A stretch of DNA of 27,005 nucleotides, from positions 1-27,005 of the IMG/VR virus record IMGVR_UViG_3300021134_000024. One strand, written 5' to 3'. A model generated the notes under the pieces. That model was given only the letters and a program-made list of their open reading frames with translations, had not been told where the DNA came from and did no database searches. This DNA comes from a virus. Lineage: Duplodnaviria; Caudoviricetes. How positions within the stretch are numbered: the first letter of the stretch is position 1; each line of letters opens with the position of its first letter. Made by a program: the position numbers and the translations under genes. Of the stretch, positions 1 through 8,449 are shown piece by piece.

Positions 1-1834
1 CGGCACCCAACCTGACAATGTACAAGTTGTAAAAGCGCAGCCTGTCCGACTAGGCTCAATGGACAATTTTTCAACACAATTACACAAATTGCTAGTTTAT
101 GTTGAAAACGGTGGCAAAATTCAGGCATGGAACGCCATGTTTGAGTACGCCATCTGGAACTGCGTCTGTGTGCCTAAGTACGGCTGGCCAGAACTAAAAC
201 TAGAGCAGTGCATTGATACCATGGCTATAGCAGCAGCCAATAACATCCCCCAAGCTTTAGATGACGCTGGTGCCCTTTTAGATGCTCAATATCAGAAAGA
301 CCCCATTGGTAAAAAGCTAATCCAAAAGCTATGCAAACCAGGGAGAAAAGGCGAGTTTAATAATGACCCAGAACTTTTAAAACAGCTGTTTGAATACTGT
401 GCCCAAGACGTGCGTACAGAAATGGCTATAGGAAGCGTTTTAAAGCCTCTTACAGCTCACGAACAAGAAGTCTGGTACCTCACCCAACGGATCAACCTAA
501 GAGGCGTTCCTGTGGCTCCTAATGAGCTCCAAAACGCTGTCCTTGCTGTAGAGCGGGCTCAAGGTGCTTTAGACGATGAATTACTGGCTTTGACGGGGTG
601 CAAACCATCAGAAAGAACCAAGCTGTTAGGTTGGCTAAATGCCCAAGGTGCCGACATGGCAAACCTTACAGCTGAGACAGTTGCGGCTAAATTAACTGAT
701 GAGTTATTATCTAAAAATGTAAGGCGTGCTTTAGAGTTACGCCAAGAAGGAAGCCAAACTAGCGTGGCTAAGTACGCTAAAATGTTGGAGATACAATGTG
801 AAGGAAAGATTCGGAATACACTGGTATATCATGGCGCTAGTACTGGCCGCTGGGCGTCCCGTGGAGGACTTAATTTACAGAATATTGCGCGTCCCACTTT
901 GGAAGATGCTGCAATTGAGGTGGCAATACCACAAGTATTTGGTAAAGGAATGGGGACTATGTCAGAACTCTCCTCCCTCGTTAGATCAGCAATTAAAGCT
1001 CCAGACGGCAAGACCTTCGTTGACGTGGATTTTAGTTCAATTGAAAACCGAGTTGGGGTTTGGCTCGCAGGACAAAACGACAAAGTCGAGCTCTTTAGAA
1101 AAGGACTAGATGAATACAAAGCGTTTGCTTCGTCCTCGCTTTATCAAGTCCCCTACGAAGAAGTCACCAAAGAACAAAGACAAATAGCCAAGTCGGCTGT
1201 GCTTGGCTGTATGTTCGGCCAAGGTGCTAAGGGATTGGTGGCGTATGCTGAAGGGATGGGTGTGGAGTTGACTGAACTGCAAAGTCAAAAAGCAGTGAAC
1301 GCTTATCGTTCAGATTACTTTAGAGTTAAAGAGTTTTGGTACGAATGCCAAGATGCTGCGATCATTGCTATTCGTAATCCAGATGAAATGCAAGAAGTCA
1401 GTAAGCTTCGCTTTATGGTATCTAAAGATGTGTTGTGGATGAAACTACCGAGTGGTCGGTTTATTTGCTGGCGGGATCCCAAGGTCGAGGATCAATTGAC
1501 ACCATGGGGTGACATGAGAGAAGGCATCACCGTCGTTAATCAAAACACTTTCACCCGCAAATGGGGACGCAATAGTTTGATTGGTAGCAGTATCTTTCAA
1601 TCCGCTGTTCAAGCGACCGCGCGTGACATGCTGGCCGAGGCTTGTTTGTTGCTGGAAAAGAATGGCTTTGAGGTGCTTAACTTGATCCATGATGAAGTCC
1701 TCATGTTGGTGGATGAACATCAGGCGCAAACCGCCTTAGATCGTGTGGTCAAACTAATGACCACACCGCCTAAGTGGGCTAAAGATTTTCCGCTTGCTGC
1801 GGAAGGTTGGGTAGGTAAGCGTTATCGGAAGTGA
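1..1834 (+). CDS. polA: Phage family A DNA polymerase with 3'-5' exonuclease (5'-truncated by window edge)
   Basis: Frame is open from position 2 (GTQPDNVQVV...) so the true start lies upstream. ExoII-like AWNAMFE, ExoIII-like EYCAQDV, TGRWAS...NLQN, motif A VDFSSIENRV, motif B RQIAKSAVLGCMFG, motif C IHDEV. Confidence 0.95.
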   Translation, partial: GTQPDNVQVVKAQPVRLGSMDNFSTQLHKLLVYVENGGKIQAWNAMFEYAIWNCVCVPKYGWPELKLEQCIDTMAIAAANNIPQALDDAGALLDAQYQKDPIGKKLIQKLCKPGRKGEFNNDPELLKQLFEYCAQDVRTEMAIGSVLKPLTAHEQEVWYLTQRINLRGVPVAPNELQNAVLAVERAQGALDDELLALTGCKPSERTKLLGWLNAQGADMANLTAETVAAKLTDELLSKNVRRALELRQEGSQTSVAKYAKMLEIQCEGKIRNTLVYHGASTGRWASRGGLNLQNIARPTLEDAAIEVAIPQVFGKGMGTMSELSSLVRSAIKAPDGKTFVDVDFSSIENRVGVWLAGQNDKVELFRKGLDEYKAFASSSLYQVPYEEVTKEQRQIAKSAVLGCMFGQGAKGLVAYAEGMGVELTELQSQKAVNAYRSDYFRVKEFWYECQDAAIIAIRNPDEMQEVSKLRFMVSKDVLWMKLPSGRFICWRDPKVEDQLTPWGDMREGITVVNQNTFTRKWGRNSLIGSSIFQSAVQATARDMLAEACLLLEKNGFEVLNLIHDEVLMLVDEHQAQTALDRVVKLMTTPPKWAKDFPLAAEGWVGKRYRK

Positions 1835-4800
1835 TTACTCTTCACGGGGATTTTCGTGTGGCCAGAAAATCCCTTCTTGCATTATTCGTTCAATAACAGC
1901 ATTACGAGCCGCTGGCGAATAGTTTGTTAAGCCGTAGGTTCGTGGAGAGGCTACCATATCGGTTACTATAGATTGTCTAGCGTCCATATCACCTTCATAC
2001 AATCTTCTTAAAAAATCAGTAGTATATAATCCACGAACCATTTCACTGGCATTTTCATAAGCACGTTGCCTAATTGCATTAACATGATCTTGTTCATCTG
2101 GTTCATTATTTGGATTATGTAAACCTTCTCTTACCAATTTATCAATAGCCATTTGGCGAGTATGTTCTCCAAATTTACCTAAACCATATTGATCTGGATG
2201 ATAATCTACATCATTAATGATAGATTGGATAACATTTTCATCTCCGTTTTCAAACTCTCGTAAATAATCTTCTTCGTATGTTCTACGAAGTTCTAAACTT
2301 AATTTTTCGTAAGCTTCTTGAGCCAATGTTGGTGAATTATTTGATTTTTTCGGTGGAGCAGATAAATCAATACCCCTATCAGTTGCTTTTAAAGCAAAAT
2401 CTTCATCTGTAAAAAACCTTGGAAGTAATTTATTAGCTTCGATGTCATCGAAGAAATTTTCAACAGTATCTGCATCCCAATGAGGATGTTTATCAATTAA
2501 TTTACCTACTGTGTCATAAGCATTATTCATATCATGAGCACCAGGCAAATTTTTAAAATCACGAACATCAGTTAATTGATCAGCATGTTGATTAAGAAAT
2601 TTAACCATATGTGGTACATATTCTGGTTTAACTTCTTGATTATCATACCCTTTCATTTCTGCAATATATTTATGATAGGGTTTTTCCCTTTGAGCAATTA
2701 AGTCAGCAATTTCTGGATGTAATTGAATTGCATTTTCGATAGCTCGAGTTTTTCCAAAGTTAGCTAAATTATCAAAAAACTCTTTTGCAAATTCTGGTTT
2801 ATTGTCTTCCAAATAAATACCGATGGCATGAATTTTGTCAGAATCACTTAATTTACGAGGTGTTTCATAGTGCATATCAACACTAGCTTGTGCAATACCT
2901 TTAGGATCAAGTAAACGGGCAATTTCAGCTTTACCCCTTTCCAATCTATCCATATAACGTCTAGCATGAGTTTGTTCATATGGATCAGCACCCTTAACTA
3001 CTTTACCAGTATGCGGCTCAATATACGGACCATGATTATATTCTGGAGTTGGATAATCTGGAGTATTACGACAACCAGCACCAATACATTGTTTTAAATC
3101 AATTGTACTTAAACCTAAATCACGAAGTGCTAAATTTTTACCAGTGTCTGTTTGAACATCCTCGGGTCTAATAATATGCATTTTAGAACCATCGTCATAT
3201 GGCACATCAGATTGAATACTTTCAAAACGAGATTTACGCCAATCATCTTTAGCTTGTTCAACAGCTTCTTTGCTTTTTTGCGCAAATTTGTATTCATCAA
3301 TTAGTTTTTGAAGAATATTTGCTGGTAAAGCTTTTTGTAAATCTTTTGGTTGTAATTTACCTTGAAGTAAATCATGAAGTACTCTTTTTCTAACAGCAGG
3401 AAGACCAGTTCCTTCTTCTACATCATAATGATTTAAATCATTAACAACAGAATATCTTTCTAATTTTGATCCAGCGGGGTATTTTGGATCATCAAATTTA
3501 GAATAGGCAAATGTTCTAGGATACAAAGATCTATCTATATCTGCTTCCATGCGTTTTCCACTAGGAGTTAAAGCAGTCTCTTTACCAATATTTGTGTTTA
3601 ATAAATTTTGGTTAGTATCTCTATATTTTCTTAAAGCACTTTCTCTACCATGTTCAATAATACTTGCTTGTGTTTCGGTAAGTGGTTTAACTTCTGGAAA
3701 TAAACCTTTAATTTCTCGACCATTTTGATTAAAGAAATTTGAAATTGGAACATTGGCTTCATCAAGGGTTTTTAACATAGGATCTGTTTCAAGACCAGTA
3801 CCCATTTGATTGGTAATATATTTTTGATAAGGCCCCATTATCCAAGCATTATAGTGCGGTGCCATTTCTTCAATTTGAGCTGGAGTGTATAATTTTTTGT
3901 TACCAGCTTGTTCTGCTCCAATATTAAATTTTTCTGCAAATTCATTAGCAGCTTCTTTTGTTAATTCTAAAACCCTCGGATTCTTGCCTACATAATTGTT
4001 AAATTCAGGATCTTTTTTAAGACCATATTCATTTAAAAATTCTTCCCAAGCTTGTTGCAATCTATAATTATCCAAAATACTCGGATGATGTTTTTCAAAT
4101 TGTTTTACAAATGCTTTAACTGGATCATCTATTTGAAGTATAGATAAATGTTTACCAAGTGAGCTTTGTTCAGACAACGGAATGGTGCTTCCCAAGTTAG
4201 TTGGCCAGTTACCACCCTTTGGTTTGACAGCATAGTTATAAACTGGAATATCTGGTAGACCACCGGGCATCTTGATGTTACCATTTTCCATAACTTGGTT
4301 GTAAGCTATCTCAGCCAATGGTTTAGCCATAGCTGTAGCAGTATCAGTAACACCAGCGGCACGAGACCCCAGTGTAGGATACTCACGCTGTAAACCCATC
4401 TTGGCGTTAGCATAATCCATAGGGAAATTACGCACATCCGCAATAGCTGATGTAGCACCAGCACGCAAATCTTCGGGAGTAAAACGAGGTGGGTTATTCC
4501 ATATTTCTGGTAATGGGCTAATTGGCATAGAAGAGCCAGTGATTGCCTCTGGAGCTTGAGCTATAGTATTAGCTACATTTTTACCAGCTTGGGTAGGAGG
4601 GGTGTATTGCAATGCTTGCATTGCTTTAGTTGTATCTCGGTCAAAATTTGCATCAGACGGATTAAAAATCTGTTTACCTAAACCGTATAAAGCTGACCCA
4701 GCTACTTGAAACGGAAACTCTAAAGTAGGAATAATACCTTGAACTAAAGCAGCTCCAGGCATGTTTTGATATAATGCCTCAATCGGTTTAAATGCTGTGG

Positions 4801-4927
4801 AAAGATCTGGCAAAGAACGACTTTGCGCAATTGCTTGAGCATTGTCAAAATTAGATGGTGCACCAGTTACAGAAACAGAAGCGCCGTCCGTTAGGGCGGC
4901 TCTCATTTTAGCAATATCGTCAGCCAT
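1835..4927 (-). CDS. Large putative internal virion/ejection protein (1030 aa) with a divergent PcfJ-like domain and a C-terminal tandem repeat
   Basis: Long ORF, last gene of the late operon where podoviruses put their largest ejection protein. LKQCIG...IARLLDPKG...IAEMKGYDNQ resembles the PcfJ-GK pattern. Two ungapped 68-aa repeats at the C-terminus. Confidence 0.65.
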   Translation of the reverse strand: MADDIAKMRAALTDGASVSVTGAPSNFDNAQAIAQSRSLPDLSTAFKPIEALYQNMPGAALVQGIIPTLEFPFQVAGSALYGLGKQIFNPSDANFDRDTTKAMQALQYTPPTQAGKNVANTIAQAPEAITGSSMPISPLPEIWNNPPRFTPEDLRAGATSAIADVRNFPMDYANAKMGLQREYPTLGSRAAGVTDTATAMAKPLAEIAYNQVMENGNIKMPGGLPDIPVYNYAVKPKGGNWPTNLGSTIPLSEQSSLGKHLSILQIDDPVKAFVKQFEKHHPSILDNYRLQQAWEEFLNEYGLKKDPEFNNYVGKNPRVLELTKEAANEFAEKFNIGAEQAGNKKLYTPAQIEEMAPHYNAWIMGPYQKYITNQMGTGLETDPMLKTLDEANVPISNFFNQNGREIKGLFPEVKPLTETQASIIEHGRESALRKYRDTNQNLLNTNIGKETALTPSGKRMEADIDRSLYPRTFAYSKFDDPKYPAGSKLERYSVVNDLNHYDVEEGTGLPAVRKRVLHDLLQGKLQPKDLQKALPANILQKLIDEYKFAQKSKEAVEQAKDDWRKSRFESIQSDVPYDDGSKMHIIRPEDVQTDTGKNLALRDLGLSTIDLKQCIGAGCRNTPDYPTPEYNHGPYIEPHTGKVVKGADPYEQTHARRYMDRLERGKAEIARLLDPKGIAQASVDMHYETPRKLSDSDKIHAIGIYLEDNKPEFAKEFFDNLANFGKTRAIENAIQLHPEIADLIAQREKPYHKYIAEMKGYDNQEVKPEYVPHMVKFLNQHADQLTDVRDFKNLPGAHDMNNAYDTVGKLIDKHPHWDADTVENFFDDIEANKLLPRFFTDEDFALKATDRGIDLSAPPKKSNNSPTLAQEAYEKLSLELRRTYEEDYLREFENGDENVIQSIINDVDYHPDQYGLGKFGEHTRQMAIDKLVREGLHNPNNEPDEQDHVNAIRQRAYENASEMVRGLYTTDFLRRLYEGDMDARQSIVTDMVASPRTYGLTNYSPAARNAVIERIMQEGIFWPHENPREE

Positions 4928-4930
4928 GAA

Positions 4931-5779
4931 TTAGTCCAGAGAAACTAAACCGCCAGTTGCAACTGCAATCTGACCACCAGCCGCATATTCACGGCCATAG
5001 TACTGATCTAACAGTTTATTAATTGCCTCAGCCGATAGTGCTACACCAGCACCACCAATGGTCGTTAATGGATTTTTAACTGGTAAAGATGCCGCAGTAG
5101 CTCCAGCCATACCAATCAAATCTAGTGCACCACGACCATAGTCACCATGACGGAAACGCTTCATAGCTTCCATGCCAGTTGTACCAGCACCAAACAAACC
5201 AGCCGCTCTTAAATATGGATCTGCCTTTTCTAAATAAGGCATTGCTTTGCTACCCATGCCACGAACAGCTTGCAGTGCACGCTCAGTTGGGGTAAGCAAA
5301 CCACGAAGCTCTTCAGCAACTTCTGGAGCCATCTGGGTTGGAGTGGTTGCTGGTTTCATATTGGGTGGCAATAGGATGGAATTACCATGAATTTCACCAC
5401 CAGCAAACTCACCACCAGGGCCAATCGTTTCCATCATACGCTGATTGATATCCAATGAACGCTTGTTCATCTGTGAACCAGGGGCAGCATTACCAGCTAA
5501 CTTTTGATTCCAAGTACTGTATGGCGTAGCAGGTTCAGTTGGACCAGCTTCAACAGTTACAGAAGCTTGAGGCTGTGTACTTTGAGAAGCACTCGGACCT
5601 TTAATACGATCTATAACAGCACGAGTTGCAGCTGGAGCACCTTTATAAAATCCTTTAGCTGCCAAAGCAGTTGCGCCACCTTCCCAAGATGGTGCTTCTT
5701 TTTCTTTATTAACAAAGAAGCGTTGGTGGTCGTGTAGATCTTCTTGAGGTACTTCTTCGTATTGAACTTCTCCGCTCAT
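4931..5779 (-). CDS. Putative internal virion/ejection protein (282 aa)
   Basis: Packed between neighbours (ATGA overlap upstream). Gly/Ala-rich hydrophobic C-terminal helices, ends in YAAGGQI/VATGGLV motifs. Function inferred from position only. Confidence 0.55.
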   Translation of the reverse strand: MSGEVQYEEVPQEDLHDHQRFFVNKEKEAPSWEGGATALAAKGFYKGAPAATRAVIDRIKGPSASQSTQPQASVTVEAGPTEPATPYSTWNQKLAGNAAPGSQMNKRSLDINQRMMETIGPGGEFAGGEIHGNSILLPPNMKPATTPTQMAPEVAEELRGLLTPTERALQAVRGMGSKAMPYLEKADPYLRAAGLFGAGTTGMEAMKRFRHGDYGRGALDLIGMAGATAASLPVKNPLTTIGGAGVALSAEAINKLLDQYYGREYAAGGQIAVATGGLVSLD

Positions 5780-7503
5780 TGTTTAACCCGCATTGGTTTA
5801 CCATTTTGCCAAATAATTTCGTTACCTTTAGCATCCGTATCTTTAGTGCCATCTGGTGGCGTACCATTACGGATAGCATTTAACTTCTGATCCAAGAATA
5901 GACCCCATTTGTCTTCAACAGCTTTATATTGAGGAGATTGCTGAAAAGCAAATGGATCTGGATTCTTTGGATTAGCTCTTTGATAATCTTGCCAAGCTGA
6001 TGCTAAATCTTTATATTTACCAGCAGTTGCATAAATCATATAGGCATTAACTAGGTTAACTTCCGCTGGCTTATCAATACCAACGTTTTTAGCATTTTGA
6101 GCAATCTGTGTTAAGCCTTGACCAATACGAGCACCAGTACCACCGAACTTCTCTTGTGTGTAGTCAATACCTAATGAGTTAGCATGACCTTGGGTTTCTT
6201 GACGGCGATTAATAGTATCTTGACCGCTAACTTTTTCTTTTACACCTTCCAAAGCTTGCTCAATAGGTTTACCAGCGTAAGGAATAGCTCCAGCACCCTC
6301 TAACAAATAAGCATATGGGCCAGTCTGTTGTTTGTAAGCAAACTCGTCTGGATGCTTAGAAGCATGATCAATAATAGCATTAGCACGACGCTGAATCTCA
6401 TCAAAGCTTGATGCCATTGAACTAATCTTACCAACAAACTGACCAGCTTCTTCACGCTCTTTTTCTTTGGATTTGAGCTCAGCTTGGTTTTGTTGCTCTT
6501 GTTGCTGAAGAGCACTTTGCTGGGCTTGTTTTTGGAACGCTGGATCCATAGAATAATCAATCGATGGGGCTGGGGAAACACTCACTCTTCCTTGTGCTGG
6601 AGGAGCGGCTTCTGCACTACCCATGATAGAGCTTAATGCAGTATCTAAAGCACTATTTTGCATACCAGAGCCGGGCATAACTGGAGCGTCTGCTGGATCA
6701 CCACCAACAGCCATTTGACGAATTGCACCACCATTAGCTTTAGCTTGAACTGGCTGAATCTTAGGTTCACGCAAAACACCTTTGAGCTGTGGAGGAACAA
6801 TTCCTCTTTCTTGCCAGTTTTGTAAATCCACTTTAGGAATTTTAACTGAGAAGTTTTTGTAGTTACCATTCATGTCGGTACCGCTAACTACAGCATCAAC
6901 GGTGTCATAACGACCCCAGTTAGCTGCACTTTCAGCTTGGGCACGACTATGGATATCAGAGATTGCCTTAAATGCCGCGTTAAAACCAGAGACATCTGCT
7001 TGATCAGAATAGTTCTTTAATGTCTGATATTCGTAAACAGATAATGGAACACCTTTAAAGTTATAGCCGCTAAACGCATTAGGATCTTGCTGTTCACTTT
7101 GCTGTGGCGCTTGACCTTGATTCTGCCCCATAGACATTGGTTGACCTTGCGTAGGAGCATTAGCTTGTAAACCACCACGAATGCCACCTAACTGCTGGCG
7201 TAACATGTCCACATTAGCAAGACCTAATCCAAGGTTTTGGATTTCTTGTTCTTCTTGCTGTTTTTGCTCAGCACGCTGACGCAGGGCATCCGTTGGGTTA
7301 TTACGGGCACGAGCAACCATGTCATCCAAAGCACTTTGAAAGCCATGCCATGGGCTGGTTAACTCGTCAACACGAGCTTGCATTTTTTGCAAGATGTTGG
7401 ATGTACTTGGGCCAGCAGCTAATACTTCAGCTGTACGCTCGGCCGCTGATTTTGGTTTTGCTGGTAATGCGTCTAATCCGCTTTGTGGAGTTTCATTTGC
7501 CAT
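5776..7503 (-). CDS. Putative DNA ejection protein (575 aa)
   Basis: Gln/Ala-rich, predicted helical/coiled-coil ORF within the ejection-gene block. GGA-containing RBS in the 10-nt gap upstream. Confidence 0.6.
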   Translation of the reverse strand: MANETPQSGLDALPAKPKSAAERTAEVLAAGPSTSNILQKMQARVDELTSPWHGFQSALDDMVARARNNPTDALRQRAEQKQQEEQEIQNLGLGLANVDMLRQQLGGIRGGLQANAPTQGQPMSMGQNQGQAPQQSEQQDPNAFSGYNFKGVPLSVYEYQTLKNYSDQADVSGFNAAFKAISDIHSRAQAESAANWGRYDTVDAVVSGTDMNGNYKNFSVKIPKVDLQNWQERGIVPPQLKGVLREPKIQPVQAKANGGAIRQMAVGGDPADAPVMPGSGMQNSALDTALSSIMGSAEAAPPAQGRVSVSPAPSIDYSMDPAFQKQAQQSALQQQEQQNQAELKSKEKEREEAGQFVGKISSMASSFDEIQRRANAIIDHASKHPDEFAYKQQTGPYAYLLEGAGAIPYAGKPIEQALEGVKEKVSGQDTINRRQETQGHANSLGIDYTQEKFGGTGARIGQGLTQIAQNAKNVGIDKPAEVNLVNAYMIYATAGKYKDLASAWQDYQRANPKNPDPFAFQQSPQYKAVEDKWGLFLDQKLNAIRNGTPPDGTKDTDAKGNEIIWQNGKPMRVKQ

Positions 7504-7513
7504 ATATTATTCC

Positions 7514-8449
7514 TTAGATTGACCAGCCAGCGCTTGGATCATATGATGGTCCATAATAGTCTGCCGCTGTTTGTGCAGTTTGAGCATTATCTGGGGACAA
7601 TACAGCAGCTCCAGTACAACCAGCACGAACTGGGCAAAGAGCACTACTACCTCCAAATAAAGAGCAATATAATCCACGCAATGTGCCCGGACCAGTTCCA
7701 GTTACGGAAGTTGCCAGTTTACATAATACTGCTGGAGTCCCAGCTAAAGTATTAATTGCAGTTAACGGAGATAATTGGCACTGAGTTGTGCAAGTCTTAG
7801 GTGCGTTAATTGCGTTTATAATACTGCTATAGTTTGAAGCTGGTAAGAATGGCGCATTCAATTGTGCCGTACCTGTGTTAAGTTGTGCAGCAATACATTG
7901 TGCTCCAACATTACCTAAAGCACCACCAGCGGTTGCACCAGCAGCTTGGTTTTGCAATGCTGATTGCATTTGCTGTGCCGCTAAAGTATCAAACGCATTG
8001 GTTTTAGCAGTATTAAGTGCAGTTTGACTACGCAAACCACCAAAGTTACCAGAACCAATATTACAAGCTTGAACTGGAGCAATAGTCTGTGGCAATAGCT
8101 GACATAGTTGTTGGCGTTGAGCCGCAAACAAACCGCCTAAAGGAGTGCTGGTATTGGGGGTCATTTGACCAGTAGAAGCACATAAACTAAATGGGTTAGC
8201 AGCACCTTGAGCAATAGATCCTAATGCATTAGTTGCCGTTGAAAATGCATTGGTTGGAGCATTTAATTTGTTTACAGCATTTTGAGCAGTAGTCTGTCCA
8301 ATATTGGCTGGAGCGTTTGCTGCACCAACACCAGCCATATTAATTAAATTTTGTTGGGCAGTTGTATACCAATTGGGTAAAGTCGTTTGGGTGACTTTTG
8401 AGCCCGACAGTAGGCTATTTAACCCAGAAGAGCATGTTGTTCCAGCCAT
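7514..8449 (-). CDS. Putative DNA transfer/pilot protein (311 aa), Cys-rich and nearly free of acidic residues
   Basis: TTLPNWY near the N-terminus, GNFGGLRS motif and Ala/Gly/Gln/Asn-rich composition typical of podovirus pilot proteins. TAATG overlap with the upstream gene. Confidence 0.6.
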   Translation of the reverse strand: MAGTTCSSGLNSLLSGSKVTQTTLPNWYTTAQQNLINMAGVGAANAPANIGQTTAQNAVNKLNAPTNAFSTATNALGSIAQGAANPFSLCASTGQMTPNTSTPLGGLFAAQRQQLCQLLPQTIAPVQACNIGSGNFGGLRSQTALNTAKTNAFDTLAAQQMQSALQNQAAGATAGGALGNVGAQCIAAQLNTGTAQLNAPFLPASNYSSIINAINAPKTCTTQCQLSPLTAINTLAGTPAVLCKLATSVTGTGPGTLRGLYCSLFGGSSALCPVRAGCTGAAVLSPDNAQTAQTAADYYGPSYDPSAGWSI

